NCBI GenBank assembly: GCA_963754875.1
Contig: CAVWHO010000016.1
Span: 352,001 to 416,000, forward strand
Direction: 5' to 3'
From: Nitrospirota bacterium
Lineage (GTDB): Bacteria; Nitrospirota; UBA9217
Length of the DNA stretch: 64,000 bases
In this document: piece after piece, positions 52,192 to 61,925 of the stretch
How the letters are laid out: every line of letters begins with the position of its first letter
Position numbering within the stretch: position 1 is the stretch's first letter
Position numbers and translations under genes: made by a program
Notes under the pieces: model-generated
Seen by the model: only the letters and a program-made list of their open reading frames with translations
Databases searched by the model: none
What the model was told of the DNA's origin: nothing

Positions 52192-53560
52192 TTATTCTTT
52201 CTTATAGTTCGATGGATTCAGCTCGTATTTTTTCAGGAGCGTGTACATATCGGCCCGGTACCTGCCGGCCAGCTCTGCGGCGCCAGTCACGTTCCCCTGG
52301 GTCAGTTGCAGGAGCCTGATGAGATAACTTTTCTCAAAAGCCTCGCGCGCTTCCTTCAGGGGTTTGATCGTCTCTTCCTGTCCGCCTTTTGCCGGGAGGA
52401 TCAGATCCTCGGAAATGACGTCCTGGCCGGTCATGGCCACGGCATACTCGATGGTGTTTTCCAATTCCCGCACGTTGCCGGGCCAGTCGTGGAGCATGAG
52501 CCGCCTCAGCGCCTGCGGGGTGAAACCTTTTATTTTTTTATTCATCTCCCCGCAGAATTTTTTCAGGAAGTGGTCTGTCAGCACGGGGATGTCATCCCGT
52601 CTCTCCCTTAGGGGCGGCAGCACCACGGGAATAACGTGGATCCGGTAATAGAGGTCTTCGCGGAACAATCCCTGTTTGACTTGATCTTCCAGGTTTTTAT
52701 TCGTGGCCACGATGACCCGGACATCCACATCGAGGGGTTGTTCACCGCCCACGAGGTAGAACTGACGTTCCTGGAGGACGCGCAGAAACTTCGCCTGGAT
52801 GGAGAGGGGCATGTCGCCGATCTCGTCCAGAAATATTGACCCCCCATGCGCCTGGGCAAAGAGGCCTTTCGTGCTTTTAATGGCGCCGGTAAAAGCTCCT
52901 TTCTCATGGCCGAAAAGCTCGCTCTCCAACAGCGTTTCAGGGATGGCCGCACAGTTGATGGCGATGAAGGGTTCGTCTTTTCTGTTGCTGGCGAGATGGA
53001 TGGCTCGCGCAATCAGCTCTTTGCCCGTCCCGCTTTCGCCGCGGACATACACTGTAGATTCCGTCCGTGCGATCCGCGAGACCGCCTCCAGAACGGTCTG
53101 CATGGAAGCGCTCCGCGCCACAATGTTCTGGAAGTCATAACGCTCTGACAACAGCCCCTTCAGGCGGTCGATTTCCGATGAAAGCCTCCTGTTCTCCAAA
53201 GCATGTTCCACATGCAGGATCAGTTCCCGGGCGTCGAAGGGCTTTGTCAGATACGTGAACGCGCCGCGCTTCATCGCATCCACGGCGCTCTCGATGCTGC
53301 CGTGGGCGGTGAGGATGATGACTGGCATGCCCGGGTTCATGCGGTGCAGTTCCTCCATGAGCGTGATCCCGTCCGAGTAGACGAGCTGCAAATCGAGGAT
53401 TGCGAGGTCAAAAGCCTGACCCGCAGCTGACGTTTTTGCCTCTTCTTCGTCCGGCGCCGTGGTCACGGTGTAGCCTGAGGACTCCAGCCGCATCTGCATC
53501 AGTTCCAGGAGGTTCCGGTCGTCGTCTACGATCAACAGTGTTGCCTGCGTTCGTCGTCAT
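52192..53560 (-). CDS. sigma54-dependent response regulator, GlrR/QseF-like (frameshift in first codons)
   Basis: REC, GESGTGKE, GAFTGA, WPGNVREL, AAELAGRYRADMY HTH; ATG 53560 is off-frame by one base. Confidence 0.9.
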
Positions 53561-53562
53561 GC

Positions 53563-54018
53563 CTACTTTTCCAATCCCATCTTTTTTTCCTGGATGTCGA
53601 GGTCCACTTGTTTTGCCTTTTCAAAGTCCTGCAATACGCTCACCCAAATCTTCGCCTCGTCAACGAGGGAGCTTTGCGGGAATTCCCGTTCGACCCGCAT
53701 AAAATAGCCTAAGGCTTTTTTATAGTCCTTTTTCGGATTCGCATAGTGGGCGCTGATGAGGCCCAGGTTCAGGAGCGCCTCGTCAGCCCCGGACGTTATC
53801 GTCGGGTTGGACAGAATGTCCTGACTGGCCTTCACGGCGCCCTCAAAGTCACCGCGCCTGATAAACCCTTCCACCCGTTCAAAATGGTCGCAGCCTTCTT
53901 TATCCGGAGCGGCAACCTGCGGCTGATTAATCGTGATACATCCGGCGACCATCAAGAGGATTAGACAGGCAATTGAAATGTAAACGTGCTGCCGCTTCCA
54001 GATTCGCTGTGCACCCAT
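53563..54018 (-). CDS. QseG-like lipoprotein with TPR helices
   Basis: VAGC lipobox; lies between kinase and regulator; ends VDLDIQEKK. Confidence 0.7.
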   Translation of the reverse strand: MGAQRIWKRQHVYISIACLILLMVAGCITINQPQVAAPDKEGCDHFERVEGFIRRGDFEGAVKASQDILSNPTITSGADEALLNLGLISAHYANPKKDYKKALGYFMRVEREFPQSSLVDEAKIWVSVLQDFEKAKQVDLDIQEKKMGLEK

Positions 54019-55415
54019 ACGGTTCCTCCATGAGCTTCAATGATGTGCTTCACGATGGCGAGTCCCAGGCCGGTGCCCGGAACCTTGGCTGAGCCGGGGA
54101 CCTGCCGGAACTTGTCGAAGATCACTGCCGCATGTTCATTCGGAATTCCCGGCCCCGTGTCCGCGACCGAAACAATGATCGTGTTCTCCTCGCTCCGGGC
54201 GGAGATGCTCACCGTTCCTCCCCGGGGCGTAAACTTCAGCGCGTTGCCGAGCAGGTTCCGCAGAACCTGGAGCATCCTTTCGGTGTCCATGCGCAGCAAC
54301 GGCAATTCCGGGGCATCACGGTTTATCGTAATGTGTTTCGCTTCCGCCAGCGGCCCCACTTCATGCACGACCTGTGCGATGATCGGCAGCAAGTCTGCCT
54401 TCATAAAATTAAAGTTCAGAATGCCGGACTCAAGCTTCGAAAGGTCCAAAACGGAATTGACCAGCCCGATCAGCCGGTCGCTCTCCTCGGAGATGATCGT
54501 AAGGAGTTTTTTTTGCCGGTCCGTGACCTCCCCGCCTTTTCCTTCGAGAAACAGGTTGGTCCCTTCCCGGATGGCGGTGAGCGGCGTCCGAAGTTCATGG
54601 GACATGAGCGCAAAAAAATCCGACTTGATTTTGTCCACTTCCTTGAGCGTGAGGCACATCGTGTTGAGTGCCTGGGCCAGTTCCCCGATTTCCGGCGGCG
54701 AGGGGAGTTCCAGGTCCGCTTCGAACACGCCGTCGGCAATGTCCTTCGTCTTCTTCTGCATCACGGTGAGCGGGCGCGTAATGCTTATGTTGATCCAGAT
54801 GGCAAGGATGATCCCGAACACCAGCATTGCCGCGCTCACGGCCATTGCGATGGTCCGCGCCCTCGTGCCCGCCTCGTCCAGTTTTTTCACCTTATCGAAA
54901 ATGGCCTGCTGGCTCAGGAGACGGATTTTCAGCAGTTCATCGATGGCCGCATCAACGGCCCGGTCCCTTTCCCGCGCATACCATTCTTTCCGTTTATAAG
55001 GAAGGCCTTTTTTCAGGAATTCAGTCTCTTCTTTAAACAGCGAGTAATACGTCAGATGAAGGTCAGCAACCTTATTCAAGGCCTCTTGCATCTCGCGAGG
55101 AATGGTCATGTGGCGGGCTTCGCTGAGATAGTGTTCAAATTCTCCCCGGGATTTCTGAAAACCGTCATAGAGCGCCCGGTCCTGCACAATGAGATATTTT
55201 TTTTCATACCTTGTTTCTGAGAGGAGTGCGTCGGTCAGGTCTTTATGAAGTCCCATGAGAGGATTGTCCACCATAATGATAGAGCGCGTAACGTTGGTCA
55301 CTCTGCCGAGCTGCACGATGGCGTACATGCTCATGCCCGCAGCCAGGATGAGCAGAAAAAAAAATGCCAGAAACAAGCGCGTAAAAAGGCTAACTTTCAC
55401 ATTCAACACCTGCAT
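53961..55415 (-). CDS. Sensor histidine kinase, GlrK/QseE-like
   Basis: Periplasmic helical domain, HAMP, SHELRTPL, NALKF, DTGPG, GTGLGL. Confidence 0.92.
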   Translation of the reverse strand: MQVLNVKVSLFTRLFLAFFFLLILAAGMSMYAIVQLGRVTNVTRSIIMVDNPLMGLHKDLTDALLSETRYEKKYLIVQDRALYDGFQKSRGEFEHYLSEARHMTIPREMQEALNKVADLHLTYYSLFKEETEFLKKGLPYKRKEWYARERDRAVDAAIDELLKIRLLSQQAIFDKVKKLDEAGTRARTIAMAVSAAMLVFGIILAIWINISITRPLTVMQKKTKDIADGVFEADLELPSPPEIGELAQALNTMCLTLKEVDKIKSDFFALMSHELRTPLTAIREGTNLFLEGKGGEVTDRQKKLLTIISEESDRLIGLVNSVLDLSKLESGILNFNFMKADLLPIIAQVVHEVGPLAEAKHITINRDAPELPLLRMDTERMLQVLRNLLGNALKFTPRGGTVSISARSEENTIIVSVADTGPGIPNEHAAVIFDKFRQVPGSAKVPGTGLGLAIVKHIIEAHGGTVWVHSESGSGSTFTFQLPV

Positions 55416-55807
55416 GATGCCCGCACCAGGCGGCCATCTTCGTTTCTCTAGATAGAGTATTATGCAGCAATACTAAGGGAGTAGCCTCGATTGAAATACA
55501 GAGTGCAGCCATAGTACACCATTTTTTTTTCTTCCGCTAATAAATCTTCATCACGGCTCCCCAGATCTCACAAGCTGTGCGGCATCTGCGAAGCAATACA
55601 ACATGTCTTTTATAATTCTGCCCTTTTTTTCTCCATTTTTGAAAAGGGAAAAACATCCGAACAAGCGGAGGCAACGGACGCTCCTGCTCCCGTCTCCTTC
55701 CTGTCGCGCGCCTCCCACTCCTCGCGAAGACACCACCGTCGTTATCCCTGTGCGTCTGTTTCATAAAGATTTTTTGCTTTCTCGCATCTTTCGGTTATAA
55801 TAGTCCC

Positions 55808-56800
55808 ATGCCGATCCGTAAAATTCTGAAGAACAACCCCTTTGTCCTGGCACCGATGGCCGGCATCACCGATTTTCCCTTCCGCACGATCTGCAAGGAA
55901 CTCGGCGCAGGACTCGTATTCTCAGAGATGGTGAGCGTCGAAGCCTTGATTCGCGAGCACAGGCGGACGAACGCCATGCTGCATACCGCTCCGGCCGAGC
56001 GACCCGTCGTTTTTCAGATCTTCGGGTCAAAACCTGCCTCGATGGCAGAGGCGGCGCATATTGTTTCCCGAGGCGAAGTGGACTTCATCGACATCAACAT
56101 GGGTTGTCCCGTGCCGAAGATATTAAAGTCAGGCGCCGGTGCGGCCTTGCTGCGCGATATGGGACTTGCAAAGGAGATCATGTCCGCTGTTGTGGGCGCG
56201 TCGAAAGTCCCGGTGACGGTCAAGATCCGTCTCGGCTGGGACGCCAGAAGCATGGTGGCTATTGACTTCGCGCAGGCTGCTGAATCCGCCGGGATGGCCG
56301 GAGTCACTGTGCACGGGCGGACAAAGGCCCAGGGTTTTTCCGGCAGTGCAGACTGGAACATGATCAAGCACGTTAAAGACTCTGTCGGCATCCCGGTGAT
56401 CGGAAACGGCGACGTGCATGTGGCCAGCGACGCAAAACGGATGATGGAGGAGACTGGCTGCGACGGCGTCATGATCGGCCGTGCGATCCAAGGATACCCC
56501 TGGATCTTTCGGGAGGCGAAACAGTATTTTGAAACCGGCGTCGTCCCGCCCCCTCCCACGATCGAGGAGCGTAAGGCCGTTATGGTACGTCATCTCGATG
56601 AAATGGTCAACCTTGTCGGCGAGAACATCGGCGTCCGGGAAATGCGGAAGCACCTTTGCTGGTATACGAAAGGGCTACATGGCGGCGCCGAGTTCAGGAC
56701 GAGGATCAATCATCTCTCGACCGTCGGCGAAGTGAAGCGGGAAATACAGGAATTTTTCGCGGGAGTGCATGACATCGTCACGGCGTCTCATCTGGCATAA
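55808..56800 (+). CDS. dusB: tRNA-dihydrouridine synthase B
   Basis: LAPMAGITD, DINMGCP, TVKIRLGW, VHGRT, GNGD, GVMIGR. Confidence 0.95.
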   Translation: MPIRKILKNNPFVLAPMAGITDFPFRTICKELGAGLVFSEMVSVEALIREHRRTNAMLHTAPAERPVVFQIFGSKPASMAEAAHIVSRGEVDFIDINMGCPVPKILKSGAGAALLRDMGLAKEIMSAVVGASKVPVTVKIRLGWDARSMVAIDFAQAAESAGMAGVTVHGRTKAQGFSGSADWNMIKHVKDSVGIPVIGNGDVHVASDAKRMMEETGCDGVMIGRAIQGYPWIFREAKQYFETGVVPPPPTIEERKAVMVRHLDEMVNLVGENIGVREMRKHLCWYTKGLHGGAEFRTRINHLSTVGEVKREIQEFFAGVHDIVTASHLA

Positions 56801-56837
56801 ACCGCATTACTCATCGTTCCTTGAGGCAAGATCTGAT

Positions 56838-57212
56838 ATGTCGCCTAAAAAGAGAGGGCCGGAAGAGAGCATCATCGCCGAAGCTCGGCACAACAGGGCG
56901 CTCCGGGAAAAGGAATACCGGGAGCAGGCGCTCAAGATGTATCCCCACCTCTGTTCGCGGTGCGGAAGAGAATTTTCCGGCAAGAAGCTCCGCGAACTCA
57001 CGGTCCATCACAAGGACCACAACCACGACAACAATCCGCCAGACGGCAGCAACTGGGAATTGCTCTGTCTCTACTGCCATGACAACGAGCATCAGGAATA
57101 TCTGGATGAGGAGTCGTTCGGAAAATCGACGACCGGCAGCGGGAACAAGCAGACTGCAACGCACAGACCTTTTGCTGCGCTCCAGGATTTGCTGAAAAAC
57201 AAAAAAAACTAG
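56838..57212 (+). CDS. yajD: YajD-family HNH nuclease
   Basis: YREQALK..P..C.RC.REF...LTVHHKDHNHDNNPPDGSNWELLCLYCHDNEH. Confidence 0.92.
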   Translation: MSPKKRGPEESIIAEARHNRALREKEYREQALKMYPHLCSRCGREFSGKKLRELTVHHKDHNHDNNPPDGSNWELLCLYCHDNEHQEYLDEESFGKSTTGSGNKQTATHRPFAALQDLLKNKKN

Positions 57213-58288
57213 TGTAGTGCGTCCAACGCTTCTTTACTTTTGGCGACCTTGGACAAAATCTGTTCCACAGGTGCAGTCCATACAAACACCTGCGGATTTT
57301 GGTTGTGATTATCGATATAGTTTTTGATAGCGTCGATTAATGCTGGCACGTTCCGAAACGTGCCACGACGTATCCGCTTGTCGGTAATTTCTCGGAACCA
57401 CCGCTCGACCATGTTCAGCCAAGAGCTCGAGGTCGGGATAAAGTGCAAATGGAACCGTGGATGCCGCTTGAGCCAGGTTTTTACGCTGGGATGCTTGTGG
57501 GTCCCGTAATTGTCTACGATCAAGTGCAGGTCGAGACCGATCGGGGTCTCTCCATCTATTTTCTTGAGGAAGCGGATAAATTCTTGATGCCGATGGCGCG
57601 GCAGGCAGTCGCCGATAATCGTACCGTCGAGCATGCTGAGGGCTGCAAATAATGTTGTTGTGCCGTTTCGTTTGTAATCGTGCGTCATGGTCCCACAACG
57701 GCCCTTTTTCAACGGCAACCCCGGCTGCGTCCGGTCGAGTGCTTGGATTTGACTCTTCTCGTCGACACAGAGCACGAGGGACTTGTCCGGAGGATTGAGA
57801 TAGAGCCCAACAACGTCGTACAGTTTCTCGACGAAGTTTTTGTCGCGGCTGACCTTGAAGGTTTTGATCAAATGAGGCTTTAAGTCGTGTTGCTTCCATA
57901 TACGGCGTATTGTGGCTTCGCTTAACCCTTGAGCCTTGGCCATGCTGCGAGTGCTCCAATGGGTTGCATTGGGTGGAGTGGTATGGAGGGTGGCTTCGAT
58001 GACTGCTTGAACCTTCTTCACCGGTATTTTGGGGATACGACCAGGACGGGGTGCATCCTTTTCCAGTCCCTCCAGTCGAAAAGCCAGAAACCGCTGTCGC
58101 CAAAGCTGCACGGTTGGCCGGGAGACACCAAGCTCCTGTGCAATATCTTGGTTCTGTACTCCATCCACAGCCATTCGGATGATCAGTGCACGTTGTACAA
58201 GTCGCAAGGGAAAGCTTTTTCCACGAACCCAGACGTCCAATTTGGATTGTTCCTCAGGAGACAAAATAATGGGCGCTGCGCTTTTCAT
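57209..58288 (-). CDS. IS630 transposase
   Basis: VDEKSQIQAL, DNYGTH, WLNMVERWF; stop codon in terminal CTAG. Confidence 0.95.
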   Translation of the reverse strand: MKSAAPIILSPEEQSKLDVWVRGKSFPLRLVQRALIIRMAVDGVQNQDIAQELGVSRPTVQLWRQRFLAFRLEGLEKDAPRPGRIPKIPVKKVQAVIEATLHTTPPNATHWSTRSMAKAQGLSEATIRRIWKQHDLKPHLIKTFKVSRDKNFVEKLYDVVGLYLNPPDKSLVLCVDEKSQIQALDRTQPGLPLKKGRCGTMTHDYKRNGTTTLFAALSMLDGTIIGDCLPRHRHQEFIRFLKKIDGETPIGLDLHLIVDNYGTHKHPSVKTWLKRHPRFHLHFIPTSSSWLNMVERWFREITDKRIRRGTFRNVPALIDAIKNYIDNHNQNPQVFVWTAPVEQILSKVAKSKEALDALH

Positions 58289-58348
58289 GATGGCTTAGCA
58301 TACAGAGTTCCATATCATAAGTCAAGTTATTTATGACGCAGTACACTA
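57210..58348 (-). mobile_element. IS630-family element C
   Basis: IRs TAGTGTAGTGCGTC / GACGCAGTACACTA; CTAG on both sides. Confidence 0.93.
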
Positions 58349-58459
58349 GCGCCTAAACCCGTCCCAATTCTTCTTTTCCTGATTTCATCCTCTCCATGCA
58401 ATAATCGCGAATAGCTTTTAATTCTGGTACCAAAGCTCTGCTGCGTCTGTGAAGAATTT

Positions 58460-58816
58460 TCACGATAACACCTTCCCAAGCTTGGTTCGAGTTTCATGGA
58501 TATAGTTCCGCATGTCCGAAACCATGCTATGAATCGTAAGGGAAGAAACTTTTGTTCCGTAGGAGATTTGAAGTAACCGCAATATCTTGCGAATCTCAAC
58601 AAGGCAATCCTTTATAATCGTTTTCTCGTTCTTTTTACAGGTTTTCAAGTCATTCGATAAAAACTCGTCAATACTGTCCTTCAACTCAAAAATGAACGCC
58701 CCACAATTTAATGAATTTTCCCATTCGGTTGATTTCATCTTACAAATGTGCTGTACGTCAGCCTCAAGCTTCATCAGAAAACGATACGATGCGGCTTTTT
58801 GGGTTAAGTTATTAAT
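58460..58816 (-). CDS. Hypothetical protein
   Basis: AT-rich helical ORF with SD AGGAG; no recognisable motif; GTG start near 58822 possible. Confidence 0.5.
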   Translation of the reverse strand: MNNLTQKAASYRFLMKLEADVQHICKMKSTEWENSLNCGAFIFELKDSIDEFLSNDLKTCKKNEKTIIKDCLVEIRKILRLLQISYGTKVSSLTIHSMVSDMRNYIHETRTKLGKVLS

Positions 58817-59513
58817 GGCCACGAGCGTTGTCTCCTACAGGTGAATTCTATTGTTGGAGATTACAGCATTGTGTCAAATAATGTCAAGATAATTGGGATG
58901 CTCCGATTTATCATCGGTATGTTATACATGTAACACTCGAGAAGGTTGCTCCCCCAGCACACAACGTACATTCTTAGCAGGAGGTTTCTACTTTGGGTAG
59001 ATTATAGATTGTCTCTTCCAACAACAATCAATACTTAACCCGTAATTATTATCACACAGGAATGACGAGAACTATACAAAGATGCTCGCCTCACGATGTT
59101 AACAACTTTACCTTGACACGTCTGTAGCCATAAAATATACTCGTTTACGTGAAAGCTACACAATTTTTATCCCTCCAAAACCGAAGCTTCGTACTTGGTG
59201 GGTGAGATTTCTCCTTGCCTCTTCTGCACATTCGCGCGTGAAAGTATAATGTTTTCACCCCAGTATTACCGGATTTTCGGAAATAACGGGGCGCTTTCCG
59301 TCCCTTCATTATCTTGCTGTACTTGGATAAATATAGGCCCCGAGCATTCCTATATGACTGAGCTGAATAGACGAATTAAGCGGTCCATTTCTACATTAGC
59401 GCTCGTCGTTTCTTGCCTGATGTTTGGCTCCTACGAACAGCAAACTAAAGAGAGAGTCTTTCGCAAATAGACTTTTTCTACAGACTCGTTGTTTCCTCAA
59501 TGGGAGTGTTTTC

Positions 59514-59813
59514 ATGAAATCCGAAATAACTACTTGGTTGATCTTTTATCTGATTCTTTTGACGTACGCATTTAGCTCAAAATTAATGGCGATCGAGATG
59601 GCAAGAAAAGTGATGGAAGCAAAACAATGGCCTCCGCCGGACGTCTTCTCCGGCCCGAATCGGGGTGGCTCACTCCTGGATTCCCTCAGACAACCACTAT
59701 ACGGCACAGATGCAATTAAAACCGCCAAAAGGTATGTGATTATGTCCGATGTTTTTTTGTGGTGCGTAGTATGGTCATTCATTATTTTTGGGCTTTTTTT
59801 GTGGGAGTCTTAA
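59514..59813 (+). CDS. Small two-TM membrane protein
   Basis: Two hydrophobic segments; SD GGGAG. Confidence 0.5.
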   Translation: MKSEITTWLIFYLILLTYAFSSKLMAIEMARKVMEAKQWPPPDVFSGPNRGGSLLDSLRQPLYGTDAIKTAKRYVIMSDVFLWCVVWSFIIFGLFLWES

Positions 59814-59817
59814 GTCT

Positions 59818-60405
59818 ATGAGCACACTTATTAAGCCTTATAAGGACGATATCGCAAACAACCGACCGGGAGTTGAGCTCTTTGTTTGGAGGGTTGCGGT
59901 TTTATTTATTTTTTTTGTCTTGTCTATTTTACTGTTTACTCTACAGCTAGACAGCATGTCCTTTATCAAGAAAACTGCGACATTGTCATGCAGCCTTGTT
60001 CTTTCGCTCATGATCTTTTATCATTTGTACCTGATTATTTTTTTCAAGAAGCTTTGCTACGATATCACAGCGGATAGCTTAACGATACGATCGTTTATGT
60101 TGCATGATGAAATTAAATTTTCCGACATTAAAGAGATGACAAGCCTGGCGAATGAAACACTTGTGCTAAAAAAGAAAAATTTATTTTCTTATTTCAGAGA
60201 ATCACCACAAATAGTTTATCCTGTGGCACAGCTCGGTACTTGTACCTTGGAAAGATTTGGAGCTGTCAGGTTTTATAGTTTTGTGGATACTTTTAAGAAA
60301 CCCAAAAACTTACTATTCATTCGTATAGCTAAAAATAGACAATATGCAATATCGCCCATTCTTGCTGATGAATTTATAAATTTGATTAATCGATCCGGAA
60401 AGTGA
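59818..60405 (+). CDS. Membrane protein with bacterial PH-like domain
   Basis: Two TMs, Y.IT.DSLTIR...EIKFSDIKE, YAISP...EFI. Confidence 0.65.
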   Translation: MSTLIKPYKDDIANNRPGVELFVWRVAVLFIFFVLSILLFTLQLDSMSFIKKTATLSCSLVLSLMIFYHLYLIIFFKKLCYDITADSLTIRSFMLHDEIKFSDIKEMTSLANETLVLKKKNLFSYFRESPQIVYPVAQLGTCTLERFGAVRFYSFVDTFKKPKNLLFIRIAKNRQYAISPILADEFINLINRSGK

Positions 60406-60488
60406 TCCGACCAGCGCGCCAGTAGCGACGCGACAAAGGGCGGGGGGGGTCCTGCGGCTGTACGATATTTTGACGTTACGACCAGGGG

Positions 60489-61925
60489 TTAAGCGTTATT
60501 AGAGAAACCGGCTGACTTCTCACCCTTTTTTTCATCTTTTCTGAACTGGGCTGAGTTAATCCCATACTTCCTCATAACCTGCTGGAGTGATTGGCGCTCT
60601 ACGCCGGCAGCCTGGGCGGCCAGGGAAACGTTTCCCTCTGTCCGCCGCAGCAGGTTTGAGATATATTCAATATTAAATTCGGCGAGCACCTTATTCTTTG
60701 CCTCCCGATAATCGATGCCGTCGGTCTCTATCGCGCTGTTTTGTGGGGTGATCAGTTCCGCGCTGCTTCCGAAGTCCGACGGCGAGAGCATCTCGCCTTT
60801 TGAAAAGATCACCGCCCGTTTTATCTCGTTCTGAAGTTCCCGGGCATTGCCTTTCCATTGGCGGGGAACAAGATATTGCATCGTTTCTTCCGTCAACCTC
60901 TTCCGGTCCAATCCAAGCTCGCTGCAAAACAGGGATAGAAAGTGGTAGGCGATGAGGGGTATATCTTCCGGTATGTCCCTGAGCGGCGGCGTCTGGACCG
61001 AAACGACATTAAGCCTGTAGTAAAGATCAGCCCTGAAAAGCCCCGCCGCAACGTTAGCGGCCAGGTCCCTGTTGGTCGCCGCTATGACCCGTGCATCCAC
61101 CCTCCGGGTTGTGGTATCGCCAAGCGGCTTCAGCTCCCGTTCCTGCAGCACTCTCAGGAGCTTCGCCTGCAACGAGGGGGAGATGTCGCCTATCTCGTCC
61201 AGGAGCAGGGTCCCGCCCTGGGCTGCCTGAAAAAGCCCCTCCCGGTCGGAGGTGGCCCCGGTAAACGCGCCTTTGCGGTACCCGAAAAGTTCGCTCTCCA
61301 GGATGGTTTCAGGGATCGCCGGACAGTTGACCGCCACAAAGGGCTTGCCGGTCCTGTTGCTGAGATTGTGGATCATGCGGGCCGCCAGTTCCTTGCCGGT
61401 CCCGGTTTCGCCCGTTATGAGCACGGTCACGTCCGTCCCGGCGACCAGCTTGATGGTATCGATGAGCTTCTTCATCCGGGGCGACTCTCCGACAAAAAAA
61501 GTCTCCTTCTCTTTCTCCCGAATCCTTCTTTCGAGGTCCATGTTCCTTCGGAGAAGATGTTCATGCTCCAGTGCCCTCCGCACTGTATGCAGCAACCGCT
61601 CCTCCTCGAACGGCTTGGTGATGAAGTCGTAGGCACCATCTTTCATGGCCTCCACAGCTTTTTCGATATCGCCATATGCCGTCATCATTATGATGGGGAG
61701 GGAACTGTCTTTTTTCTTGATGTGCCGCAAGAGCTCCATGCCGTCCATGCCCGGCATTTTCATATCGACAAGCAGACAGTTGACCTCGTTCTCCTTGAGA
61801 ATTTGAAGTGCCGTTTCCGCACCGTCGGCGGCAAGTGTTTCCACATTCAGCGTGCTTCCCATCAGCCTCTCCAGCCAGCGGGTGATGTCCGGTTTGTCGT
61901 CAACAATGAGGATCTTCTGTTTCAT
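60489..61925 (-). CDS. sigma54-dependent response regulator (NtrC family)
   Basis: REC, GETGTGKE, GAFTGA, WKGNAREL, HTH. Confidence 0.95.
   Translation of the reverse strand: MKQKILIVDDKPDITRWLERLMGSTLNVETLAADGAETALQILKENEVNCLLVDMKMPGMDGMELLRHIKKKDSSLPIIMMTAYGDIEKAVEAMKDGAYDFITKPFEEERLLHTVRRALEHEHLLRRNMDLERRIREKEKETFFVGESPRMKKLIDTIKLVAGTDVTVLITGETGTGKELAARMIHNLSNRTGKPFVAVNCPAIPETILESELFGYRKGAFTGATSDREGLFQAAQGGTLLLDEIGDISPSLQAKLLRVLQERELKPLGDTTTRRVDARVIAATNRDLAANVAAGLFRADLYYRLNVVSVQTPPLRDIPEDIPLIAYHFLSLFCSELGLDRKRLTEETMQYLVPRQWKGNARELQNEIKRAVIFSKGEMLSPSDFGSSAELITPQNSAIETDGIDYREAKNKVLAEFNIEYISNLLRRTEGNVSLAAQAAGVERQSLQQVMRKYGINSAQFRKDEKKGEKSAGFSNNA

Noticed and set aside
56838..58349. HNH nuclease next to a transposase as an IscB/TnpB-like RNA-guided system
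   Set aside because: The HNH protein is an ordinary YajD outside the IS ends; no RuvC motifs or guide locus.
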